Source: Trypanosoma brucei
Lineage: Eukaryota
Assembly (NCBI GenBank): GCA_000002445.1
Contig: CP000068.1
Span: 896,001-960,000 of the forward strand
Length of the DNA: 64,000 nucleotides
Direction: 5' to 3'
Part shown: in pieces, positions 31,151-41,009 of the stretch
Layout of the letters: each line of letters begins with the position of its first letter
Numbering within the stretch: the first letter of the stretch is position 1
Made by a program: the position numbers and the translations under genes
Notes under the pieces: generated by a model
Seen by the model: only the letters and a program-made list of their open reading frames with translations
The model's database searches: none
What the model was told of the DNA's origin: nothing

Positions 31151-32803
31151 ATGGACGCAACGGAGTTAAAGAATAAAGGTAACCAGGAGTTCTCCTCCGG
31201 CCGATACAGGGAAGCTGCTGAATTTTTCAGCCAGGCCATCAACTTGGACCCGTCTAATCACGTTCTGTACAGCAACCGTTCCGCATGCTTTGCTTCCCTT
31301 CATCAGTATGCACAGGCTTTGAGTGACGCCGAAAAATGTGTTTCCCTGAAGCCTGATTGGGTTAAGGGTTACGTAAGACACGGTGCTGCGCTTCATGGGC
31401 TTCGACGGTATGATGAGGCAGCTGCGGTGTATAAAAAGGGTTTGACAGTTGACCCATCGAGCACTGCATGCAGTGAAGGCATTGCTTCTGTGGAGAAGGA
31501 CAAGGCTGCCTCCGCGATGCAAAACCCCTTTGCAAAATTATTCACTCCGGAGGCCGTGAAAAAAATTCAGTCTCATCGCAAACTATCGCTCTTCATGATG
31601 CAACCCGACTACGTACGGATGATCGATGAGGTTATAAAAGATCCTTCTAACATCCAACGGTATCTTGAAGATCAGCGGTTCATGATGACTTGTTTGGTAC
31701 TTAGCGGGATGAATATTCCTGTAGATGATGATGATGAGGAAGAGGAACGGCCGAAGCCAGAGGCACCTAAGAAAAACGAGGAACCCAAAAAGGCAGCTGC
31801 TGTGGAGCTATCTGCAGAAGCTAAGGAAGCACTTCGGGCTAAGGAAGAGGGGAATGCATTGTACAAGCAGCGGAAATTCGATGAGGCCCTGGCAAAGTAC
31901 GATGAGGCATCTTCCCTGGACCCCACAAACACCGTTTATCTTCTCAACATCACCGCTGTCTTCTACGAGAAAGGAGAGTATGAGCTGTGCATGGAGAAGT
32001 GTGAGAATGCGTTGGAGCACGGTCGTGAGAACAAGTGTGACTATACGGTGATTGCCAAACTTATGACGCGGCAGGCGTTGTGCCTCCAGAAACTCAAGCG
32101 CTTTGATGAGGCTATCGCACTATTTAAGAAAGCTCTGGTAGAACACCGCAACCCGGATACGCTTGCCAAACTGAATGCTTGTGAGAAGGAGAAAGCAAAA
32201 TTTGAAGCAGATGCGTACATTGATCCAGCGATAGCTCAAGAGAAGAAAGATGAGGGCAACTCTCTCTTTAAGCAGGACAAATTTCCTGAAGCGGTTGCAG
32301 CTTACACTGAATCCATCAAACGCAATCCAATGGAGCATACAACCTACAGCAATCGTGCCGCCGCGTATCTTAAGCTCGGTGCGTATAACGAAGCCCTTGC
32401 AGACGCTGAAAAATGCATTGAGATTAAACCTGATTTTGTCAAGGCGCACGCCCGGCGTGGCCATGCATTTTTCTGGACGAAACAATACAATAAGGCCATG
32501 CAGGCATACGATGAGGGTCTCAAGTACGACAAAGAAAATGCAGAGTGTAAAGATGGTCGCATGCGTACCATGATGAAGATTCAAGAGATGGCTTCTGGAC
32601 AATCAGAGGACGGTGATGAGGTTGCGAAGCGTGCTATGGCAGACCCTGAGGTGGCTGCCATCATGCAGGACAGCTACATGCAGCTTGTACTGAATGAGAT
32701 GCAGCGGGACCCTACACGCATCAAAGACTACATGAGGGATCCAACTCTTGCAAAGAAGATCAACACCCTCGTCTCGGCTGGGATTATCCGTTTCGGCCAG
32801 TAG
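31151..32803 (+). CDS. STI1: Stress-induced protein 1 / Hsp70-Hsp90 organising protein (STI1/HOP), with TPR1, TPR2A, TPR2B and two DP domains
   Basis: Track ORF starts at 31022 but the first ATG is at 31151 (MDATELKNKGNQEF...). It lies directly after polyY 31091-31130 and the AG at 31133-34. Classic TPR repeats are present ('AEFFSQAINLDPSNHVLYSNRSACFASL', 'ALKAKEEGNALYKQRKFDEALAKYDEA', 'AQEKKDEGNSLFKQDKFPEAVAAYTESI'). The C-terminal DP2 motif is 'DPEVAAIMQDSYMQLVLNEMQRDP'. The stop TAG is at 32801-32803. Confidence 0.92.
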   Translation: MDATELKNKGNQEFSSGRYREAAEFFSQAINLDPSNHVLYSNRSACFASLHQYAQALSDAEKCVSLKPDWVKGYVRHGAALHGLRRYDEAAAVYKKGLTVDPSSTACSEGIASVEKDKAASAMQNPFAKLFTPEAVKKIQSHRKLSLFMMQPDYVRMIDEVIKDPSNIQRYLEDQRFMMTCLVLSGMNIPVDDDDEEEERPKPEAPKKNEEPKKAAAVELSAEAKEALRAKEEGNALYKQRKFDEALAKYDEASSLDPTNTVYLLNITAVFYEKGEYELCMEKCENALEHGRENKCDYTVIAKLMTRQALCLQKLKRFDEAIALFKKALVEHRNPDTLAKLNACEKEKAKFEADAYIDPAIAQEKKDEGNSLFKQDKFPEAVAAYTESIKRNPMEHTTYSNRAAAYLKLGAYNEALADAEKCIEIKPDFVKAHARRGHAFFWTKQYNKAMQAYDEGLKYDKENAECKDGRMRTMMKIQEMASGQSEDGDEVAKRAMADPEVAAIMQDSYMQLVLNEMQRDPTRIKDYMRDPTLAKKINTLVSAGIIRFGQ

Positions 32804-33012
32804 GTGAGTGGGAACGTGCGAAAGAAGCCCAGATGATGCCAGTGGGGTGGTGAAAAAAGACAAAAAACCAATGCTGTCTGGTGCCCTCCCCCTCAACATC
32901 TGTGAGCGATGTGGACTCGTGCCTTCTCAAGAACCACGCACCTCCTGCCAGGCGCTGCGGTGCCACGGAGTGCACTTTGTGGTGGTTGTTTTACTTATCT
33001 GATAAGCATCAA

Positions 33013-33049
33013 TATTATTATTATTATTACTATTATTATTATTATTACT
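33013..33049. repeat. (ATT)n trinucleotide microsatellite (about 12 units, one interruption) in the STI1-Rib72 intergenic region
   Basis: 'attattattattactattattattattattact'. Confidence 0.9.
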
Positions 33050-33252
33050 GTTTGTGTCTTTCTTTCACCTTCTTTTTTATGAAGAGAAAGTTGAATGAAC
33101 GAATAAGGGTGTGCCCGTTTTTTTGTTACCACAATTGACGTCATCACCCTTGTCGCCTGACTCACACTGACAACGTATAAGCCATCCAGCATCTACTGTG
33201 CCTACAATACCGCCACGTTCACGCATCTTGATATTATATTATTCAAATTACG

Positions 33253-33319
33253 CTACTTTTTTTCTTTTCTACTTCCTCTTGAAACCCACTTTGTGTTTTG
33301 CCCAACTCCCGGCGCATAG
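33253..33319 (+). promoter_or_regulatory. Polypyrimidine tract plus AG: trans-splice acceptor for the Rib72/EFHC gene
   Basis: 'ctactttttttcttttctacttcctctt...ttgtgttttgcccaactcccggcgcatag'. The AG at 33318-19 is 12 nt before the ATG at 33331. Confidence 0.55.
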
Positions 33320-33330
33320 GTGATCAAGCA

Positions 33331-35670
33331 ATGAATTCGACGAGTACATCAAGTTACGAGCACGATGTTCCCGTTAAGTATATTCGTACTCTTGACGCAA
33401 GGCTTTTGCCACCGCGAGTGGGGCATAACTGGCTTGATGCAGCGTTTCGCTCAGTCCAAGGTAAACCGCAGCAACTTGAGGAAGAATTCCGAGGAAAGCG
33501 TGCTTTTATGCCACCTGGTGTGTACGACCACACGCCGCCGGAGGGGTTAGGACTCACCGCGCGTCAGCTCATGCAGGCGCTGTCAACACGGAGGAAAGAT
33601 GGCCCCGCGCCGGACGGGCGGCCAATATTTACCACACTGTCTGATAAGGTGCTTCGTTTTTACGCGTTCTTCTCGGAAAAGGCACCTGAAGGGTGTTGTG
33701 AGGAGTACTGGCATCGCTGTGTTGTCATTAATTTTTACCCTGAAGACGATACCGTTCTCATCCAAGAACCCCCAATTCCTAATAGTGGATTACCCGGCGG
33801 AACGTTCCTCAAGAGGCAAAAGGTACGTGCGGACCCAAGACAACGAGAGCAATTTCCCAGTGATGAGTTTCTCACGATCAACCATTTCAACGTGGGTTAC
33901 TCGGTGCGCATCAATTGCGTTGAATTCTTCCTTTATGATTGTGATGCCTTCACACGTGATTTTCTAACCGAAATTGGGGTGGATGTCGGTGAACCGATGC
34001 AGTATCCAGATTCTTCGTTCATGTCTCAGTGGAAACATCAGCAGGAGCAAAGAGCAACAACCAATTATGGTATTGTCTCTAATAACTACTATAGAGACGA
34101 TGCTGTGCGAGCAGCCAGATTTGTACTAGATGCCGGAAAGGTTCTTCGCTTCTATGGTTTACTTGACGAGCGTGACAAGACAACTGGGGGAGCGGTGCGA
34201 AAGTTGGAAGTATTATACTTTGTTGAAGACGACTCTATCGCGGTGGTGGAGCGCCCCACGACAAATGAGGCGGTACCAGCATTGTTTCTCTCACGTGGGT
34301 GGCTCCCAAAGGCGGGGTCTATTGAGAAGACCCTTGAATTCACTTTTGCACACCGGGTAAACGGTATGAGGGAACCGTACGTGGGGCCTGGTGGCTGCTA
34401 CACTGCGCGGGATCTTGGGGTAGGGGCCACCATTAACGTTCTTGGAAGAGGTGTCTTCCTTTACGATTGTGACGATTTCACACGTTCGTACTATAAGGAG
34501 ACTTTTGGAGTGGAGCTTGCTGAAGCTATAGATGGTCTCAGTCAATATGGTCTACCGTCGAAGCCTGACGTTGTGTCTTTTCGGTCGAACGCTACACCAG
34601 CTTCTGCTCCTGCCACTGTTGCGCCGAAAGTGGTGGAAACTAATGTCATTATTAAAAAAGGTGATGTACTTCGCTTTTTGCTGCGCCTCTCCGCACCTTG
34701 CACGTCAGCGGAGCGTATGCGTCGCTTCACCCTAACACACTACACCGCAACAGGTGATTCAATGGTATATGAGTCTCCCATCAAGAACTCTGGCTACGTT
34801 GGTGGTTGCTTTAGTAGTCGATCGCGGATTCCTAACCCCGCAGGTGGACCGGGCGCGTACTACACACATGAGGATTTTAAAGTTGGCAGTATCATTGTGA
34901 TCAACGCTCACAAATTTGAGGTAATGAACATGGACGAGCACACAGCAAACTTCCTGGCGTGTAAAGGTGAAACTGCTCTGAATGAAGAACAGCTGCGGTT
35001 GCTTGTCGATGCATTCCGTCTATTCCTGAGGACGCGATTTCACTCATTCAGAGATGCTTTTCTTGGCTTTGATCGTGACAAGGATAGTGTGATCAGCGTT
35101 ACGGAGTTCGTGGACCACGTGACCCATTTGCAAATCACAGACAGACGGATGGACGCGCAGGCACTCTTTGATAGCATTTGCCAGAACCCGGAAACAGGTT
35201 ATCTAACACTGGAAACTTTTGTTGACTGGATAAACCAAAAAGGGTCTGAAAGCTGTGGGGATGCTAAATCGAGTCAGCCTATAAACATAGATGAACGGGC
35301 GCTGATGAGGAAAGCTTTGTGTCAACTGTGCGAACGGCTTGAGGCTCGGTGTTTGAACAGCCTTCAAATGTTCAGACTTGCTTCCACTATGCCAAGGGCT
35401 TACTCTGGGCGGCGTGCGGATTGCTATTCGCTGACCAATCCGCATCGTGACGCCTATATAACACCTGTGCAACTTCGGCGGTGTATTGAGGAGGTGTTGG
35501 GCGGTAACCCGTCGCCTCGTGAGCTTGACGCCTTGCTCTTCTTTTTCTTTCCCGCATTGCCGCCGGAGGAGTACCGTGTTAAGCGGGATATCAGCCTTGA
35601 GCATTCACTCGACCTTAAGGCGTTCCAGAAGAAGTATCACGAGATGTGCACACTTCAGCAACTGTCGTAG
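33331..35670 (+). CDS. Rib72/EFHC1-EFHC2 family flagellar protofilament-ribbon protein: three DM10 domains plus a C-terminal EF-hand pair
   Basis: Track ORF starts at a TTG at 33298; the real ATG is at 33331, after polyY 33253-33300 and the AG at 33318-19. Three repeats of the DM10 pattern are present ('VLRFYAFFSE...INFYPEDDTVLIQEPPIPNSGLPGGTFLKRQKV', 'VLRFYGLLDE...LYFVEDDSIAVVERPTTNEAV', 'VLRFLLRLS...LTHYTATGDSMVYESPIKNSGYVGGCF'). The C-terminal EF-hand-like motif is 'FDRDKDSVISVTEFVDHV'. Confidence 0.8.
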   Translation: MNSTSTSSYEHDVPVKYIRTLDARLLPPRVGHNWLDAAFRSVQGKPQQLEEEFRGKRAFMPPGVYDHTPPEGLGLTARQLMQALSTRRKDGPAPDGRPIFTTLSDKVLRFYAFFSEKAPEGCCEEYWHRCVVINFYPEDDTVLIQEPPIPNSGLPGGTFLKRQKVRADPRQREQFPSDEFLTINHFNVGYSVRINCVEFFLYDCDAFTRDFLTEIGVDVGEPMQYPDSSFMSQWKHQQEQRATTNYGIVSNNYYRDDAVRAARFVLDAGKVLRFYGLLDERDKTTGGAVRKLEVLYFVEDDSIAVVERPTTNEAVPALFLSRGWLPKAGSIEKTLEFTFAHRVNGMREPYVGPGGCYTARDLGVGATINVLGRGVFLYDCDDFTRSYYKETFGVELAEAIDGLSQYGLPSKPDVVSFRSNATPASAPATVAPKVVETNVIIKKGDVLRFLLRLSAPCTSAERMRRFTLTHYTATGDSMVYESPIKNSGYVGGCFSSRSRIPNPAGGPGAYYTHEDFKVGSIIVINAHKFEVMNMDEHTANFLACKGETALNEEQLRLLVDAFRLFLRTRFHSFRDAFLGFDRDKDSVISVTEFVDHVTHLQITDRRMDAQALFDSICQNPETGYLTLETFVDWINQKGSESCGDAKSSQPINIDERALMRKALCQLCERLEARCLNSLQMFRLASTMPRAYSGRRADCYSLTNPHRDAYITPVQLRRCIEEVLGGNPSPRELDALLFFFFPALPPEEYRVKRDISLEHSLDLKAFQKKYHEMCTLQQLS

Positions 35671-36376
35671 ACTAATATATAAAGGTAGATAGGGTGAAAA
35701 GAAGGTCAATATGGTGATGCCACCTGACTTGTTTGCGCCCAGAAGTGGTGCTGACTATGAGTACCAAGAATGTGGCGGTTGAGGAGATGGTTGGTAACAA
35801 ACTAGAAATGTATATTGCACGTGGCACGTTGTAGACAGCGTTACATCAATCATAATATGTAAATAATAGAGTGAATCGGAGGGGGAACGTGAGGACAGGC
35901 AGAGTTTTTGTGGACGCACCGTAGATATTTCAACGTTATTTCTGCAGGACTGCCTATGTGCCTGGCGTGGTTAGCTCATTGTAATATTGAGAATGCGTCT
36001 CCTGATCTTGCTCCATTTCCATTTAGGGGGTTATTTGCCTCTCCTCCCATATGTACTCCTTTTGTTTGCCGTGTTGTATTTCTTTCATCTGTATAATCCC
36101 CTTTCTCCCCAATTTTGTCATTATTATTACACTATACGATACAATCTTGTTTTGTGTACACATGCTTGTGCTTGTGCAGCGGACACAGATACGGTCACGG
36201 TGCTCGGGGTGGCACCAACGCAACAACTCCGAAGTAGTGGGAAGAAATATATTGGATAAAACGTTGGTCAGGAAGAATAAAAACGCTGTGCGCCGACTTG
36301 GGTTAAAACACTTGGGTACAATAAAGAAAAAGGGAAAGGGACAACACGGTAACAAAGACGCCAAGTAGCAATAAGG

Positions 36377-37537
36377 ATGAGTAAACCTACCGTTTCGGAG
36401 GAACACCATGCAGATGTGATTCGTCAGCACTTAACTGGAATCGAGAACGCGTATTACTACAACCCTGGTAATGAGATGGCGGCGGTACATCCTGCGGAGG
36501 GGACTGTGTCCCCGCGGCAGTCACAGGATATTCAGCCAGTTTGCATTGTCGCTGGTAATGGAAACCGCCCACTAGCTGAGGCAGTGGCGCTGCTTCTGGG
36601 GATCCCCACACACCAGACTTTAGTGGCCCAACGTGCAAGCGGTGAGGTGAATGTCCGTATATGCGAGAGTGTCCTTGGCGCCGATGTGTACATCATCCAG
36701 AGTACTTCGGGAAATGGGCTCATCGACGTTAACACAGCGATTATGGAGCTTCTGCTGCTCGTTCGGAAGATGCGCCTCAGCAATGCGAGACGTGTCACTG
36801 CAATAATCCCCTTCTTTTCGTACTCGAAACAGGATCGCAAAAGAAACATCCGCAGCACAATTTCGGCGGCGGCCGTTGCCAACATGCTGACAACCGTTGG
36901 GGTGGACCGCGTCACAACACTCGACCTCCATGCAGGGCAAACACAGGGGTTCTTCGGCAACACACCATTGGACAACCTGCAGATGTACCAAGAATTTGCT
37001 CAATATCTTCATAGCCAGGTATGGTTTAACAGCAACAATATGACGATTGTAGCACTGAGCGCTGGTAGCGTAGAGCGCGCACGACTTCTAGCCGATACAC
37101 TCAACATCGATCAAATTGCCACCGTCCTCCTACGGCGCAATGCGAGTGGCACCGTGACTTTGCAGTGCGTGGGAGAGGTGAAAGGCCGCATTTGTGTTGT
37201 CGTCGAGGGTATCTGTGACACGGGTGAGGTCCTTGTGAAAACTTCTGAGTTGCTGAACCAACTTGGTGCTACAAAGGTAACGGCTTGTTGCACCCACGGC
37301 ATTCTCACACCGCCATGCCCTCAGCTGCTAAACGAATGTGATGCTCTAAGCGAAGTTGTTGTGTCTGACTCAATACCACAGGAGGAGCATCAGCGACTTG
37401 TCCCCAAATTGAAGGTACTCACTATTGCCCCGCTAATCGCTACTGTCGTGTTCAAACATACCCAAGATGCCAGTTTTGTTCCTTTGTTCGAACAACCCAA
37501 GCTTAGGGAGGGAAAGGGATCCGTCGACTCTCCATAA
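36377..37537 (+). CDS. PRPS: Ribose-phosphate pyrophosphokinase (PRPP synthetase) with an N-terminal extension of about 50 aa
   Basis: ATG at 36377. Motifs present: 'VYIIQSTSGNGLIDVNTAIMELLLLVRKMRLSNARRVTAIIPFFSYSKQDRK', 'TLDLHAGQTQGFF' and the PRPP-binding loop 'VVVEGICDTGEVL'. Confidence 0.9.
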   Translation: MSKPTVSEEHHADVIRQHLTGIENAYYYNPGNEMAAVHPAEGTVSPRQSQDIQPVCIVAGNGNRPLAEAVALLLGIPTHQTLVAQRASGEVNVRICESVLGADVYIIQSTSGNGLIDVNTAIMELLLLVRKMRLSNARRVTAIIPFFSYSKQDRKRNIRSTISAAAVANMLTTVGVDRVTTLDLHAGQTQGFFGNTPLDNLQMYQEFAQYLHSQVWFNSNNMTIVALSAGSVERARLLADTLNIDQIATVLLRRNASGTVTLQCVGEVKGRICVVVEGICDTGEVLVKTSELLNQLGATKVTACCTHGILTPPCPQLLNECDALSEVVVSDSIPQEEHQRLVPKLKVLTIAPLIATVVFKHTQDASFVPLFEQPKLREGKGSVDSP

Positions 37538-38256
37538 AGTGTTAACTTTTTTTTCCCTTTTCCACTGTGTCGATGTTGATAGGTATAAGGGAGGTGGATG
37601 CTCAGTGGCGAGTGTTTCGTGGGAATTTATGTGTAGGTCGCTTTTTTTGACCACGGTACGCTCTCCAGTGTTGATTTAATTTGTTTTCGTAAGACGAAAA
37701 TTTGTTATAATTAACGAGAAGGGAAAGCAAAAAACGAAGGAGTCTCAGCACGAGCACACGCATGCTATAGGCGGTACGGTTGGTCCTTCGTCTAATTATC
37801 GACGTGTTTTTTTTTACATTCGCCACGGGATAGAAGGGGAAAAGTGAGCAGTTAAGGCGCATTATGTGCATTGAAAGTACTCCTAATTCCCTTCACTGTG
37901 GGTGATGTTTGGTAACACCGCGTACTTCTTACTTGCCCTTATCTTCTTTTTCACGAACATTTGGTTTTGATTCTCTTTTCCCATTTTGTTTTCCCTCATG
38001 TATGATTATATATCATGTGTATATAGGGCTCACAGAGTTTTCTTTGAATAAGATAGAAACCGCCTAAAGGGGCAGTTGATATTATTATCTTGTACTGTTG
38101 CAGCGCAACCGCTGAAGATCATCTTTTGTTTTTTGAAAAAAAAAAACACACACACACAAGTGCACTCAGGTGCACGTTTCATAGACATAATTCTGTCAAG
38201 TGGAAAAGGTTGTGTGAGCCGAACCTCGCAACCCATAGAAGAGAGTGTGAAGGAAA

Positions 38257-40749
38257 ATGTTGACGCTCCGTGAACTAGACCCTTCCGAACTGGAAGATGA
38301 AGCGCACCTGAGGCGCTTCGAACAATGTCGTTGCGAGGTTATGCGCGTGTCCAGTAGCCGTCTTCTCCCTGAATGTATTGCTCTGACCACAAAAGGCGGT
38401 TTTGTACAACTCGTCAACGTTTCCACGGGAGCGTTTCGTGTTTTCCTTACACACCTGGGAAATATGCCGTTGGAGTCACAACTTCGTTGCTTTTCCCTTG
38501 CCCCCTCCCTCTACGCTACCAAAGGTGCCCACTCGCTGCTCTACTCACTTGCGTACTCGAACGAACTCCTGCTGGCTGATATGGAGCAAGGTACTGTGAG
38601 TGTTCTTGCAACCTTCCAAAGCCGCCCCAGTGTTGTGTATTGTGATGGTGATTACATTGTGTGCGGGGAGGGCTCTGGGCAAGTAACCCTGTGGCGGTCA
38701 CCTAGTGCCACAGATGGTGATGCGACGATTGAGTGGCGCAGGTCTGTATTCACAGACACGGTGGTATGTATTACACTACAGCGTGCATACGTGGTCTGTT
38801 CATCTGTAGACCAACACTCCTACGTGCTATCCCTCCGTGGAGGGGACATCATCGCAAAACTTGCGCAAGGCCCAGAGGCGGCGGTTTCGCTGCAGTCTGT
38901 TACAACTTCACAACTAAGCGGAGGTTTCATGTTACTCTGTCTTCCGACCGTACTGACTGTTTATGCTCCACCGAACAAAGAGGTTGCAGCACCCCCTTGT
39001 CCCACCGACGGTACCGTGTGGGACTGCTCGAATTCAGTACAACTAGACACGCAGATAAACTGTTTAAGTTGCTGTGTTGGCCTCATAGCCTGCGGAACAG
39101 CTTCCGGCGTTGTAATCCTCATGACTATGGATGAAACAGGCCGTGAGGTGGTGGAGCGAGTAAGGTTCAACGTTGGGTTTGCTGTCGTTTGTGTTCAGTT
39201 GTTTGACGACGACACCCTGGTGGTTGTAACCTCCTCTGGCGATGTATGGAAGTGGACCACCACGGACTTGCTTCCTGAGGAGCCAGCATGTGATTTGAGC
39301 GGTGAGGAAGAACTTCCCGAGCCTAATGTGCAACCGCCTACCGCCACGTCTGCGGCACCCAGGCCAACACATGAATCAATGGGTCTGGACAACCCTCAGA
39401 TTGTTCAAGTAACTTCCAGTGAGGTTGTTAACCCAGGATATCTTAATGAGTGCGGAAAAGAGGAGGAGGAGGAGATTACTATAATGATGGACGATGAATC
39501 TCATCCTCTGCCGTCTCGCGTATCAACCCTTCCCTCCAGACACCCAGTGAACCTTCGCACACATTGTCGGGAAGGTAGCGACAATAAGAATGTTGGGGAT
39601 TACCAGGAAATTTTTGACACACCAAATGAGGTGCTTGCTCATATGGCTGAGTGTTCTGGAGATAGAAGTGATCATATGCCGACGTGCGCTCGAACCAGGT
39701 CACCATCGGGCACGGTTACAGAGTCCGAAACCTTTTCTGATGATGGCAGCTCGTGTTCTAGTCGATCGAGCTCACCGAGCAGCGTCAGCGTCGCTGGGTA
39801 TGCGACCGCAGATGTAGCGGCCGACCGCATCACCAATGGGGCAATTCAGAGCTCACCACCCAGCGAACAGAACCTTCGCTCAATCAGTCGTGATGCTGCG
39901 GGTGACTTTGCCGTTGATGTGGATGCGACGCTGACCTCCAGTCCCGGGACTTGTGCTTGTCCACCTGTCTTGGAGGCCGGACTGACAACTGCTGACGCAG
40001 TTGCTGTTGCTGCCTGCAACGAAGTAACTGAGCGTGGAGGTGAGGTGTGCTCTCCCACAAGGTATACACTGACGCACACCCTGGACAAGGTGTTACGTGC
40101 TGTTGATGTAGTCCCGCCGTTAACGATCAAGGGGTTGTGCGCGGGAAGGCGTATGGACCCGCGCAAGGCCAAACTTATTGCTGAGACCGACTGCCATGAA
40201 GAGCCAGCCCCGGGACCGGAGAGGCAAAGTTCACAAATGTTGATGGATTATCGTGAAGGGCTGGAGGACACGCCCTTTGACTATGCGGCGTACGCTGGGG
40301 CCCACCCACTAAAGACCGAGGCTCTTAAATACAGATACCCCGTGCGAATGCCGGTGTATAGTACACGCGCTCAACTGTTCACTCCTTCCACGGAACTGCG
40401 CGTGACCAACATCAAAGGAAACAGCGAAGAAAACAATATGGAGGTCAATCGGAAGAAAGAAAGCCGACAAGACCACAATGATCAGCAAGAGAATGTCACG
40501 AATTTTACCATTGCCGATGATCTCATGAACGCCACGTACGGAAGACTCACACGGCGAAAAGATCCCCTGCTTGAGGAAGAGCGACAGCTTGGGGGACCCG
40601 ATATTCGTCGCCACTCTTGCGGTGGATTACTGTGTGGGACCGTGGATCCTAATGGAACTGTGCTTTTTCAGGAATTTCGCGTGCAGCCCAGTCCTCCTGG
40701 TCTACTTCTTTTACCAATGCCACTCCCCCCGACGCCCACAGTCTTTTAA
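38257..40749 (+). CDS. Hypothetical protein (830 aa): probable N-terminal beta-propeller, acidic/Ser-rich disordered middle, conserved C-terminal region
   Basis: ATG at 38257. WD-like 'GSGQVTLWRS' and 'SSGDVWKWTT' segments. An E-rich linker and an S-rich block ('CSSRSSSPSSVSV'). Confidence 0.5.
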   Translation: MLTLRELDPSELEDEAHLRRFEQCRCEVMRVSSSRLLPECIALTTKGGFVQLVNVSTGAFRVFLTHLGNMPLESQLRCFSLAPSLYATKGAHSLLYSLAYSNELLLADMEQGTVSVLATFQSRPSVVYCDGDYIVCGEGSGQVTLWRSPSATDGDATIEWRRSVFTDTVVCITLQRAYVVCSSVDQHSYVLSLRGGDIIAKLAQGPEAAVSLQSVTTSQLSGGFMLLCLPTVLTVYAPPNKEVAAPPCPTDGTVWDCSNSVQLDTQINCLSCCVGLIACGTASGVVILMTMDETGREVVERVRFNVGFAVVCVQLFDDDTLVVVTSSGDVWKWTTTDLLPEEPACDLSGEEELPEPNVQPPTATSAAPRPTHESMGLDNPQIVQVTSSEVVNPGYLNECGKEEEEEITIMMDDESHPLPSRVSTLPSRHPVNLRTHCREGSDNKNVGDYQEIFDTPNEVLAHMAECSGDRSDHMPTCARTRSPSGTVTESETFSDDGSSCSSRSSSPSSVSVAGYATADVAADRITNGAIQSSPPSEQNLRSISRDAAGDFAVDVDATLTSSPGTCACPPVLEAGLTTADAVAVAACNEVTERGGEVCSPTRYTLTHTLDKVLRAVDVVPPLTIKGLCAGRRMDPRKAKLIAETDCHEEPAPGPERQSSQMLMDYREGLEDTPFDYAAYAGAHPLKTEALKYRYPVRMPVYSTRAQLFTPSTELRVTNIKGNSEENNMEVNRKKESRQDHNDQQENVTNFTIADDLMNATYGRLTRRKDPLLEEERQLGGPDIRRHSCGGLLCGTVDPNGTVLFQEFRVQPSPPGLLLLPMPLPPTPTVF

Positions 40750-41009
40750 TATGATTCCATAGAGTGGAATAAGATGAACGTGCATCGTTTGATGCGGTTT
40801 GTTGTCATTTTTCTTTTTTTAAAAAGTGAAGAGGTGCTGCGTGACAGCGACGTGTGGAGGGATAGTTGAACTGTCATCGCCTTCTTTTGCATCTTATTGC
40901 TTCATTTCCCTCCGGAATAACTTTTTTTTTTCGCTTTGATATGAGTATAGGGCGCCATAAAATAAGCGAGACGTACCCCGTTGTGGGGTGTGCTTGGTTG
41001 TTTTGAGGG

